64,000 nt of DNA, taken from Pecten maximus. Its lineage: Eukaryota. Made by a program: the position numbers and the translations under genes. This document shows, in pieces, positions 50,898 to 63,736 of the stretch. The stretch covers positions 14,632,001-14,696,000 of the forward strand of contig NC_047024.1 of NCBI RefSeq assembly GCF_902652985.1, in the 5' to 3' direction. The notes below the pieces were generated by a model. It searched no databases, was not told where the DNA came from, and saw only the letters and a list, made by a program, of their open reading frames with translations. Numbering within the stretch: position 1 is the first letter of the stretch; every line of letters starts with the position of its first letter.

Positions 50898-53800
50898 CTT
50901 TAATCTCCTAAAGACAGACAGAAGACAAAGATTTTTTTTATCTCTACAAAATCAACTTTCATTGCTTATCTTTGATGATGACAGCTTGATTTATGATGGG
51001 CAGGCAGGAATTATTGGCATAACTTTAGCCAGATCACTGGTTACTTTTACATGTCTATTTACTTTTGTGATGTTGGAAATATTTGTATATAGAAATATGC
51101 TTGAAATTAAGCATTGGTTACGTTTTGGAACTGTTCAAAACTTCAAGTGATCCATTGAAGATAATGTAGTGTGTGACAGTAAATAGTATGTGTTACTGAA
51201 AGTACCCAAATGTTCTTATTAAATAGTATCTGTTACTGGAATACCCAAATGCTGATATATCTTACACCAAACTAGTATAAGCTCCTGTTAAAATCAAACA
51301 ATTTGATACAATTTGTCTTATCATTTAATAGTATCATTAAGAATACTTTTTAGAAAATTGGCAATGAATTACTGAAGATTACTTCGGCTTTGTGCACACT
51401 TGATTCTGTGATGTGATGTTATCATACTTATAAGCAAATGTTTGAAATATCTGGTTCGACTCCATCACTATGTATATTTTGTTCTATTTATTAAGAAAAA
51501 ACTTATGTGTTCCTGGACTATGTAATCGATGACTAAAATGAATTTATTGGTAATATTATACAATATGGCATGAAACCCAACTAATTTCAATTTCAACAAA
51601 ATTTGGTTGGCACTTTACACATCAGATGTATTGATTATCAGGTTAGGCCTACATAAGTACCAATTAATCTACAGAAGTGAAAATTAGTTAGTACCTCAAG
51701 ATTGTAGCCATCCATGATATAACTTAAAAAAAATAAGCAGGTTAATAAGGATATTCACGCCATAGTTCTTCGTGGCTTTGTTTTCTGCATCTATGATTTT
51801 TCATACTTAAAATATTTGTGAATAGTGCTACATTTGACCAAAAACTTGTTATATAACTGCTCATTATCTAGAATTTTTATCCTTATAATTTAAAAAGAAC
51901 TAATGCAGCAGTAAGATGGTAAACAATTAGCCCAGTGTACAATTTAAAGGCATTTGTTTCAACACATTTTGTGACACGCTTTTTTGTCCTGTGAATAATT
52001 AATTTCATCTCTGATAGACAGTGCATCAAATGCTATGACAATGTGTCTTCCAAACCTCTTTATTTCATTCAAACCATTGTGAAACAAGTTATATTAACTT
52101 ATATTGCATCTGCTTACCCAGATGGACAGACATGGGGAGAGGAAAATGATGTAGAGTTAGTTGTCAGGCAGGTGAAAATAACACATCCAATAGGTAAAAG
52201 TCGGCACTCACCACTACGCCACCAAACTATCCATTGGACCTAGAGTAGTTACTGTTTATCTTGGATGTTTTTCATGGTCACTACTGAGGAAAAACATATT
52301 ATCAGTGAATTTACAATTCACTTTTTTTGTAAAATTATGTTTTTATAGGAAACAATGGCACTGAAAGGTTGACGGGTCATTGATTGTGACTGAAAGATAA
52401 GAAAACAAAAGTTATTTACAGGATAAATAAGTTGTTCAACTTGTGTTATGGTTAACAAAGAACCTTATCTACTTGTATTGCTTGAAAATTAATTTGCGAG
52501 ATAAAAACATATACCTACTGTTGCCTGTTCACAGTTCAAATGTCCCATAATGACATGCATATGTTATACAAAAAGCCGCTGAAGTGGCATGGAAAATTGA
52601 TGTAGCAAATTAGTTTTAACTGTTTCATGTGTCCTTGTCTTTGTTATCAAACAGATGTAGCTTGTGAACATCTCATTATTCTGATTGTTTTGTGATTATT
52701 TTTGTCTCCAACAAAAGCTATGAATTAAATGGATCAATTCATATCTAGATTTACAATAGCAATGGTTGTGTGCTCCTGCAGCGTCTGCCCGTCATGATCA
52801 AGCTGTCATGCTGTCAACAAATCAAAAGATACCATGTTCGGCATCAGTTCCACACAGGACATTATTTTAATGACTGTTACTATAAATGGAGTTGTATCAA
52901 AGATGTGTGTTTTTTTTAACTATGAGTGTATGTGTTAAACTCATTTTTTATTAGATTCAACATTATCAACAAAATCAACGCAGTAAATGCTTAACCTTTT
53001 TTAAACACCACTTGACACCATCTAAGAGCATATACAGTAAAGATTTGAATATTTTTTGCGAGATGTTTTAAACACATATAATGAATAATGAATGTTCTTG
53101 ATTATTGAAATTACTACAGTGAAAAGAAATTGGTTCCAAAATTAGCAGAAAGGAAATACAATTTATGATTCTGCTATATTCAACTTGTTTTTAATAGGTC
53201 CTGCCTGATGTGCTTAGTTTCCATAAAGTCATGTTTTCTGTAGGAATAGAATCTTTTGACTTCATCTCATTTCTCCATTAAACTTGGTTCAATTTTTCCA
53301 AGTTAAAGACTTTGTAAACCCACAAGGTTTGTATTTATTTCCAGTATTCTAAGGTATGACTTCCTGACCCTCCACACACACAGTAGCAAGCAAGTTACCT
53401 TCATGAATTCTGTCAAACAAATTATATATGCAGACAATTTGTAACGAAAAGAAGTTATTGCACAACTAGAGAAATTATTGAACAGATTTCTGTCACAAGA
53501 ATGAATTGGTGACTTAATGAGACTAGGACATGAAGGAAGAATCCAGACTAAAGGCTGTGCGGTTTGAGCCCTTGGCGCTATTATTTCCCATATCGCACAT
53601 GATTTTAAGCTTTACAAGTATGTTATAATGATTATTACAAGAATACCCATAGCTTAACCTACACATTGTGCAAATTGTTTGAATTTTGGCAACACCTGCC
53701 ATCTCCACGTTATGTAGTATTCTGAGGAATTGTACAAAACTAAAGAGTGGTGGTAAATATGCCAAAAAATTAAAGGCTGACCATTTTTATGCATGGTACC

Positions 53801-54706
53801 ATTGAAATTTACAGCCTACATTGGTATGACCTTAACATGAAGATAATAAAAGTATTAATGAATGAAGTACTTTACTGAAGTTATTGTTTGTCTAGAGATT
53901 TATTAAAAGATTGGCCAGAGTAATCTTGGTGAACAAAACGCTACCATAGTGGTCAAATTAGATACATGTATACAGAAAATGTTGTTTTGAGATACTCCAA
54001 AAGTGTTTAGCTCATGTGCCACATAGTGCTTGTCATGCATCCAGCAACTTTCAACTTCTAGAATACTATAAGCAACTAGTAACGATGAATGACCTTAACA
54101 TACTGAAGGGGTTAACCTATTTTCAAAGTCACTGGTTAAATGGATACAAAAAATCTTTTCAGAATTTTTCTCTAAGTTGACCTCACTTACTATTGACCTA
54201 TTCGATCACTATATTTTGTCAGTTAAACTCTTCAATAATTGACCTCAACCTATTTTGAAGGTTATAGGAATCAAACTGGTAAAAATTCTTTGATAATCTC
54301 AAGGTTGGACCAAGAGGCTCGATGATCATGATATTTTTCTCATTTTGATTACTTTGACCTGTTTGCAAGGTCGCATGGTTAAAGAATATAAAAATTTCTT
54401 CGAGCACCTTCTAAAGACCAACGGTAATCTTGTTTGGCCAGTAGTTACTTGCTAAGGATTGATGTGAAATTTCCTCCTCAAGATAATGACCTATTTTCAA
54501 GGTCACATGGGTCATTTACAGCTCCAACGATCTTAAACTAAAGTGTCTTGATATTTTGTAACCTGTACCTAGGATGGAGTGTTATAAAGTTTCTCGTATA
54601 AGGAAGACTTAACAGGACTTGCCTCTTTTGGATACCAAACAAAAAGAAAACCAAGCAGTTGCTAAATTACCACATTTGCCTACCCGGTGGATAGGGAGGG
54701 AGATTA

Positions 54707-57700
54707 ACTCACTAGAACGAAGATAGGCGGACGTACTCGCACTAGAACGAAGATTGAACGACGATAGGACGTATTCACACTAGAACGAATATAGGAGGAC
54801 GTACTCTCACTAGAACGAAGATAGGAGGACGTACTCATACTAGAACGAAGATAGGAGGACGTACTCATACTAGAACGAAGATAGGAGGACGTACTCACGC
54901 TAGAACGAAGATAGGAGGACGTACTCACACTAGAACGAAGCTAGGAGGACGTACTCACACTAGAACGAAGATAGGAGGACGTACTCACGCTAGAACGAAG
55001 ATAGGAGGACGTACTCACACTAGAACGAATACAGGAGGACGTACTCACACTAGAACGAAGATAGGAGGACGTACTCACACCAGAACGAAGATAGGAGGAC
55101 GTACTCACACTAGAACGAAGATAGGAGGGCGTACTCACACTAGAACGAAGATAGGAGGACGTACTCACACCAGAACGAAGATAGGAGGACGTACTCATAC
55201 TAGAACGAAGATAGGAGGACGTACTCACACCAGAACGAAGATAGGAGGACGTACTCATACTAGAACGAATACAGGAGGACGTACTCATACTAGAACGAAG
55301 ATAGGAGGACGTACTCACACCAGAACGAAGATAGGAGGACGTACTCACACCAGAACGAAGATAGGAGGACGTACTCACACCAGAACGAAGATAGGAGGAC
55401 GTACTCACACCAGAACGAAGATAGGAGGACGTACTCATACTAGAACGAATACAGGAGGACGTACTCATACTAGAACGAAGATAGGAGGACGTACTCACAC
55501 CAGAACGAAGATAGGAGGACGTACTCACACTAGAACGAAGATAGGAGGACGTACTCACACCAAAACGAAGATAGGAGGACGTACTCATACTAGAACGAAT
55601 ACAGGAGGACGTACTCATACTAGAACGAAGATAGGAGGACGTACTCATACTAGAACGAAGATAGGAGGACGTACTCACACCAGAACGAAGATAGGAGGAC
55701 GTACTCATACTAGAACGAATACAGGAGGACGTACTCATACTAGAACGAAGATAGGAGGACGTACTCACACTAGAACGAAGATAGGAGGACGTACTCTCAC
55801 TAGAACGAAGATAGGAGGACGTACTAGAACGAAGATAGGAGGACGTACTCACACCAGAACGAAGATAGGAGGACGTACTCACAATAGAACGAAGATAGGA
55901 GGACGTACTAACAATAGAACGAAGATAGGAGGACGAACTCACACTAGAACGAAGATAGGAGGACGTACTCACACTAGAACGAAGATAGGAGGACGTACTC
56001 ACACTAGAACGAATACAGGAGGACGTACTAATACTAGAACGAAGATAGGAGGACGTACTCACACCAGAACGAAGATAGGAGGACGTACTCACACTAGAAC
56101 GAAGATAGGAGGGCGTACTCACACTAGAACGAAGATAGGAGGACGTACTCACACCAGAACGAAGATAGGAGGACGTACTCACACTAGAACGAAGATAGGA
56201 GGACATACTCACACCAGAACGAAGATAGGAGGACGTACTCATACTAGAACGAATACAGGAGGACGTACTCATACTAGAACGAAGATAGGAGGACGTACTC
56301 ACACCAGAACGAAGATAGGAGGACGTACTCACACTAGAACGAAGATAGGAGGACGTACTCTCACTAGAACGAAGCTAGGAGGACGTACTCACACTAGAAC
56401 GAAGATAGGAGGACGTACTAGAACGAAGATAGGAGGACGTACTCACACCAGAACGAAGATAGGAGGACGTACTCACAATAGAACGAAGATAGGAGGACGT
56501 ACTCACAAAAGAACGAAGATAGGAGGACGAACTCACACTAGAACGAAGATAGGAGGACGTACTCACACTAGAACGAAGATAGGAGGACGTACTCACAATA
56601 GAAAGAAGATAGGCGGACGTACTCACAATAGAACGAAGATAGGAGGACGTACTCACAATAGAACGAAGATAGGAGGACGTACTCACACTAGAACGAAGAT
56701 AGGAGGACGTACTCACACTAGAAAGAAGATAGGTCGACGTACTCACAATAGAAAGAAGATAGGCGGACGTACTCACAATAGAACGAAGATAGGATGACGT
56801 ACTCGCACTAGAACGAAGATAGGAGGACGTACTCACTATAGAACGAAGATAGGAGGACGTACTCACGCTAGAACGAAGATAGGAGGACGTACTCACACTA
56901 GAACGAAGATAGGACGTACTCACAATAGAACGAAGATAGGAGGACGTACTCATACTAGAACGAAGATATAGGAGGACGCACCCACATTAGAACGAAGATA
57001 GGAGGACGTACTCACACTAGAACGAAGATAGGAGGACGTAGTCACGCTAGAACGAAGATAGGAGGACGTACTCACACTAGAACGAAGATAGGAGGACGTA
57101 CTCACAATAGAAAGAAGATAGGAGGACGTACTCACAATAGAAAGAAGATAGGAGGACGTTCTCACACTAGAAAGAAGATAGGAGGACGTACTCACACTTG
57201 AACGAAGATAGGACGCACCCACATTAGAACGAAGATAGGAGGACGTACTCACACTAGAACGAAGATAGGAGGACGTACTCACGCTAGAAAGAAGATAGGA
57301 GGACTTACTCACAATAGAAAGAAGATAGGAGGACGTACTCATACTAGAACGAAGCTAGGAGGACGTACTCACACTAGAAAGAAGATAGGAGGACGTACTC
57401 ACGCTAGAACGAAGATAGGAGGACGTACACACACTAGAACGAAGCTAGGAGGACGTACTCACACTAGAACGAAGATAGGAGGACGTACTCACACTAGAAC
57501 GAAGATAGGAGGACGTACTCACACTAGAACGAAGATAGGAGGACGTACTCACGCTAGAACGAAGATAGGAGGACGTACTCACGCTAGAAAGAAGATAGGA
57601 GGACGTACTCACAATAGAAAGAAGATAGGAGGACGTTCTCACACTAGAAAGAAGATAGGAGGACGTACTCACACTTGAACGAAGATAGGACGCACCCACA

Positions 57701-59020
57701 TTAGAACGAAGATAGGAGGACGTAGTCACGCTAGAACGAAGATAGGAGGACGTACTCACGCTAGAAAGAAGATAGGAGGACTTACTCACAATAGAAAGAA
57801 GATAGGAGGACGTACTCATACTAGAACGAAGCTAGGAGGACGTACTCACACTAGAAATAAGATAGGAGGACGTACTCACGCTAGAACGAAGATAGGAGGA
57901 CGTACTCACACTAGAACGAAGCTAGGAGGACGAACTCACACTAGAACGAAGATAGGAGGACGTACTCACACTAGAACGAAGATAGGAGGACGTACTCACA
58001 CTAGAACGAATACAGGAGGACGTACTCACACTAGAACGAATACAGGAGGACGTACTCACACTAGAACGAAGATAGGAGGACGTACTCACACTAGAACGAA
58101 TATAGGAGGACATACTCACACTAGAACGAATACAGGAGGACGTACTCACACTAGAACGAAGCTAGGAGGACGTACTCATACTAGAACGAAGATAGGAGGA
58201 CGTACTCACACTAGAACGAAGCTAGGAGGACGTACTCACACTAGAACGAATACAGGAGGACGTACTCACACTAGAACGAATACAGGAGGACGTACTCATA
58301 CTAGAACGAAGATAGGAGGACGTACTCACACTAGAACGAAGCTAGGAGGACGTACTCACACTAGAACGAAGATAGGAGGACGTACTCACGCTAGAACGAA
58401 GATAGGAGGACGTACTCACAATAGAACGAAGATAGGAGGACGTACTCACACTAGAACGAAGATAGGAGGACGTACTCACACTAGAACGAAGATAGGAGGA
58501 CGAACTCACACTAGAACGAAGATAGGAGGGCGTACTCACATTAGAACGAAGCTAGGAGGACGTACTCACACTAGAACGAAGATAGGAGGACGTACTCATA
58601 CTAGAACGAAGATAGGAGGACGTACTCACACTAGAACGAAGATAGGAGGACGTACTCATACTATAAAGAAGATAGGAGGACGTACTCATACTAGAACGAA
58701 GATAGGAGGACGTACTAGAACGAAGATAGGAGGACGTACTCACGCTAGAACGAAGATAGGAGGACGTACTCACGCTAGAACGAAGATAGGAGGACGTACT
58801 CACAATAGAACGAAGATAGGAGGACGTACTCACAATAGAACGAAGATAGAAGGACGTACTCACACTAGAAAGAAGATAGGAGGACGTACTCACACTAGAA
58901 CGAAGATAGGAGGACGTACTCACAATAGAACGAAGATAGGAGGACGTACTCACAATAGAACGAAGATAGGAGGACGTACTCACACTAGAGCGAATATAGG
59001 AGGACGTACTCACACTAGAG
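54707..59020. repeat. Minisatellite array, 30-bp unit (TAGAACGAAGATAGGAGGACGTACTCACAC), ~145 copies
   Basis: Unit read directly, with occasional 24/27-bp deletion variants. The minus-strand STSSYLRSSV ORFs are a by-product. Confidence 0.97.
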
Positions 59021-59131
59021 CGGACCGGGACTCGAACCCGGTACCTCTGTGGAACTCTAGATGGACGCTTTAATTACTACATGAGGTACCTGACCACTAG
59101 CGTCAGTCAAACCCTGGCCAGCTCCGCTACA
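59021..59131 (-). mobile_element. tRNA-derived SINE-like head (Pol III B box intact, A box degenerate) abutting the 30-bp array
   Basis: Minus strand reads GGTCAGGTACCTCATGTAGTAATTAAAGCGTCCATCTAGAGTTCCACAGAGGTACCGGGTTCGAGTCCCGGTCC. GGTTCGAGTCC is at 59028-59038. Confidence 0.65.
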
Positions 59132-59683
59132 CTAGCAATGCATGGTAACAAAATTTCGTATTCACCCTTGATAAAATCCATCAAGAGTGAACACGAAATT
59201 ACAGTGCGAGCCCTCGCTCAGTTTGCGAAGATGGCCTATTGGGGACACTTAGGTTTTCAAATTTATGTCATCAATATACAAGTCCGTGAAATTCAATTTC
59301 AAATTGTTTACGTACATCACAACGATGGTATAGTTTGCATTAAAAGGCGCAAAGACTGAAATTGTCCGAGCGCCAGTCGCCCGCTAAACAAGTCCATAGA
59401 TAGTTTCTTTATCACGTCTTTCAATGTTGCACTGTAAACTATGGCAAGCCAAGTCGTCAACTAAAGTATGCATTTTATAAATTTATGTCTGATTAAGTAT
59501 ATATATCTCATAAAAAATTGTTAATTTAATGGCAATTTGGCAAGACGATCGCTTTGACATACATGTCATAAACGATATTAATATTTTCTGTGAAAACTGA
59601 CCATTTTATATGACACTCAATTACTATAACCTACACTGGCTACCTGATTGATATACAGTAAAAATCAATTAAAATGCGTTTAT

Positions 59684-60963
59684 TGACGTCAACAAAATCT
59701 GGGCAACCACAGTACAGCTGTATAAGATAGGTCCAAAACAGAATTTATATATAGAGGCGGGGCACGATAGAATGTGTGTAGTTAATAGTCTATTTACTTT
59801 AAAATCAAAAGATCAAAAACAGAAGCACAAACGTTTGGAGGTTGGTATAACGAAATGCGTGTGTAACTTCGCCTTTTATTAAAAAAAATATGCAACAGTC
59901 TATTAATTAATTCTTGTTTTCCATCGATATACTCCAATATTGGTAAAATTACAGAATCAAGTCTAGTGACACGTTTTACATGTTGCAATCAATGATTCAT
60001 GGAGAACATTTCTCCGTAGTTACTTCAATATTCGCTATTTATATAACCAAAGAATTTCATCAGATTTTTTTTAGAAAGTTCGTCCTAAATTTTCACTGAA
60101 CGGTGTCCGTTTCATATAAACTTACCGCGACAAGATCTATGCAAATAATAGACATAAATCCATATTTTTCATTAAAGTAGATTAGAGTATGTTAAATTTT
60201 CTGGTTTGAATGTATCAACTAATCATTTCTTTTTCTGTAAAATAAATAATACATTAATTAAGTACTGTACACGTGTACTACGTCGCAATAACGGACATGT
60301 GTTTTGTCATACTTACCACAATTCATTTGAGTCACAAAACTGACGATTTCAGATATGTCATAATACGTACATGTTTTATCATATAGATCTATTGAAGAAA
60401 TAAAGATTTAATAACACAAAAAATATATACATATGTCTGATGTGAATACGATTTAAACAAGTATTTTTATCACGTTCAGTTGAGTTAAAACTCCAAATAT
60501 ATTATGCAAGCCGTTTGTTGACCAACTCAAATATATGGGATCTGTTTATTCAAAAGTATTTTTTTTATTTGAAACTTTATATATATATCACAATATACTG
60601 GCAAATTGACAGTGATGTTTTCGAGTATGAAACGATGTAGATCAGTTAGCGTACATGTTCTGCACGAGTTGCCCCCCTTGTATCTGATGCAATGCAATAG
60701 ACGCCCTTGACCTTCTATGTATTATTAGTAACAAAGGTCCGGTAAGAAATTAATGCGCTTCTTGCATTATCATAAGAACGAACGGGGTATATCATCATCA
60801 GAATCTTAGGAATAATCATGGTCGATTTCAAAAGTGAGTGTAACCAATATTGTTATCTTACTTTTATTTACTGAAAACACAAACTGTTCTATAAACGAAC
60901 TATTTGTTATTGCGCATGTAATCGGTATAGATTACTCCTTTTCTCGAACTTCCGGGAAAGCTC
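59684..60963 (+). promoter_or_regulatory. Stress-response motif cluster upstream of the PPP1R15 homolog: CRE, CARE/AARE, overlapping HSE and STAT site
   Basis: TGACGTCA at 59684-59691; TGATGCAAT at 60685-60693; TTCtcGAActTCCggGAA at 60941-60958, containing TTCCGGGAA at 60950-60958. Confidence 0.5.
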
Positions 60964-60979
60964 TATTTTTAGGATAAAC

Positions 60980-61352
60980 ATGAACATGAACCTTAATCAC
61001 AGTATGAGTACAAGAACGACAATGACATATCCACTGATATAACCAGAGAATAACGGTGTTTAATTCTATGAAGATGAATTCGGAAGTGAACAGAAGAATA
61101 TTCAGTACATATTCAACAAAGTCAACCAGTTGTAAGAGTGTTTTAAAGAGTGGATTTCTGAATCTGACCGAGTGTGATCAAAACGTTGTTTGGACAGATC
61201 CCGCGGTCGCCGAAACACCTAAGTGGCACTTTCATAACTTTATACCTCCTACGAGTGACAGTGTTTTGATGTGTGATTATCTTATTCCTTTTACAGACAA
61301 CATGTTTATTATCAATGTGTATCAATCCGCTGAAGGAGGATGGGATGACTAA
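60980..61352 (+). promoter_or_regulatory. Upstream ORFs in the putative PPP1R15 leader
   Basis: uORF 60980-61042 (MNMNLNHSMSTRTTMTYPLI*). A second uORF ends at TAA 61350-61352, 15 nt before the main ATG (from ATG 61068, 94 aa, or ATG 61302, 16 aa). Mini-uORFs at 61340-61348 and 61345-61356. Confidence 0.55.
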
Positions 61353-61367
61353 ATAGTATCGTGTGTT

Positions 61368-63736
61368 ATGAATCCATATGGGACAAGATGGCGGTGTAAG
61401 GGCAAAAACCTCCCCGCACCTGAAACAGGTCACGTAACTCCGTCGTTGTTACGGCTAAATAGTACAGGCGAAATTACATCAGACAGCGGTTCGACTGACC
61501 GATACATATCGGACATGGGTACACTAATTGACTCCGCATGTATGAAAATACAAAAGAGAATGGAACCAGTGACAAAAAGAAGTTTTATGGATTGTAAGAG
61601 TGCATCAACTGTTTTACCTATGCATAGTGATTTTCTATTGAATCAAATAAAACAACAACAAGCGATGGATTCTTATAACGAAGCTGCATCATATTCTGCC
61701 CCACATTGGGGTTATAATAAGAAAATGACAGCCCGGCCTAATAGTTGTGCCTTTCCAAATTTTAGAAACTCTTCAAACATATATAATCCAGAGTTCAGAA
61801 ACTTTCGTCATCAGAAAACTGGATTTCATCCAGCAATGACAGGTCATTATCTTGGACAGAGAAATCCAAACAAAGCATCTCACAGATGTCAACATTCAGA
61901 TAGGTCCAGTCATAGACCAAGACATTCATTTCCATCTGAAAGAGTCCCTAGTGATTGTACTAATTGGAGAAAAATGCCAAAAGAAACTAATTTACGAGAT
62001 GATTGTCCAGTACATCAAGACAGGATAGAAAGTAAAACAGAACCTCCCCAAAAAAGTGTTACTGCTAGTCAAAATTTTGTACATTCCAAAAATGTCAGTG
62101 ATCATAAAAATGAAACTCCGAAACCTGTGATAAATACGAAATGTGCAATGCCAAGTCAGGAAAAGTCATATGAAGACTCCCACATAAAGTCTGATCAATC
62201 TGAAGTCCCTGCCACCACAGGCAAAGAAAATGACAAGGGCAGCAATGGTCAGAAATCTGCATCTGTCCAATTTATTGATTGGTTTGAATGTGGTCAGTCA
62301 GAGGAAAATAGTGGAACTGATGTTCCTCAGAGAATTGGATTCAGAGTCAGGACTCTGTCCTTAGACGCGGAATCATCCAATGATCCATCTGTTGTCAACA
62401 ACAAAACTCTGCAGCGAGAAGCATCGGTTTTAAGTGATATATTCCAGCCAGACGACACTGTGTTTCATGTGACTTGCATGTTCAAGGAAAATGATTCAAT
62501 GGCAGCTGATAAAGAAAGTGGAAATTCAACAGAGAGTCAGCCCAATGAATATCAGCCTTCCCCAAAAGATGATTATTGTGATAGTATTGTTGAAAGGTCA
62601 GATACAGACTTTACACAGAATACAAAATGCGCAGAAAAGAAAAGTGAACCATCAGACCTAGATAAAGACTGTGCCAGAAGAATAGTGCTTTTGCTTAGGA
62701 ACAATAATAAAAAGGGATGCCGTCCATCTGCAAAGAAGCGACGACGTTCAAAGGCTAGGAAAGAAGATCCGTCTGAAATTCCCAGCTCTCATCTAGAAAA
62801 CCATGCACAGAAAGTTCAATTCCAGGAAAGAAATTGTAAAGAAACAAATTCTCAGAATTCAAGTGCAACTAAAAAGTTGGGTCCCACTAATACTGTGGCA
62901 TTTGTTCTTGGTATCGATTCCAACAACTCTGCCAATCCATTAAAACAGCATTCCTTTCTGGTGTCATTTGATAGTGAGTCGGATGATTTTTCAGAAGATA
63001 GTGGTGATGACTTTTCAGATAGTGATGGTGTAGATGAACTTGACTTTTTCTCCTGTCCATTACAACTTAATGTGATTTGTCCTGTAAACCAAGCTGATGC
63101 TTCTGTCTCCCCTCAGGAACAAGGTTCATCCAAGAGTTGTGACGTAAGTGAAGAGAGACAAAAGAGATACTGGATGTTAACTTGAAGTGGAGCAAGAACT
63201 TTTCCATGAGTCATCAGGAAAAATCAAAAACTAAGGTACAATATATTAAAGAATATTCAGAGTTGCCCCTGGGACTCTTGGGTACAAAATGTAGACCTTT
63301 GAGAATACCAAATATTTTACTTGAAAAGTGGCAGCAACATTACTAAAACTGATGTAAAAATTTCTACGTACATGTATATATACCTCACTTTCAGTTTCTA
63401 AAATACCAACACAAGCTTCTCTATTTTAATGTATAAGCTTATGTTTATATTATGTTATGATGGTAAATAACTTATTTGATTCATCAATTATTTCGTCTTG
63501 ACTTGCAGGTGACCTTTGCAGATGACGAAAACTTGTGCACGGTATATGATTTGGAGGAGGAGGACAGAAAAGGACACTGGGAGGAATTTGTCCGTGATCG
63601 GGAACGATTTCAACGAAGGATAGCAGAAGTGGAGGAGGTACTGAAGCCTGTGCTATCCACAGAGACGAGGGACAAAATTTACGACAAATATTTTAAAACA
63701 GAATTGAAGAGTAATCAGCATGTGGATGATCATTAA
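61368..63736 (+). CDS. PPP1R15: Protein phosphatase 1 regulatory subunit 15 homolog (GADD34/CReP family eIF2-alpha phosphatase targeting subunit), 2 coding exons
   Basis: A large disordered exon starts at 61368 and includes an acidic patch (FDSESDDFSEDSGDDFSDSD). The last exon 63509-63736 encodes VTFADDENL..DRKGHWEEFVRDRERFQRRIAEVEEVLKPVL, the RVxF plus RxGxWE..RDRxRFxRRI signature of PPP1R15A/B and viral ICP34.5/DP71L. The donor is either 63143/63144 (in frame) or 63235/63236 (needs a 1-nt correction). Confidence 0.9.

Noticed and set aside
50898-54600. Short ORFs downstream of CNOT4
   Set aside because: No recognisable motifs or consistent exon chain. Likely 3'UTR, intergenic DNA and decayed repeats.
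54704-59013. Long Ser-rich minus-strand ORFs (up to 463 aa)
   Set aside because: By-product of a 30-bp unit. They are interrupted by stop variants and frame changes and have no non-repetitive domain or signal peptide.
59021-59095. Functional tRNA gene
   Set aside because: Only the T-arm/B box is intact. The D-arm, anticodon and acceptor stems do not pair convincingly.
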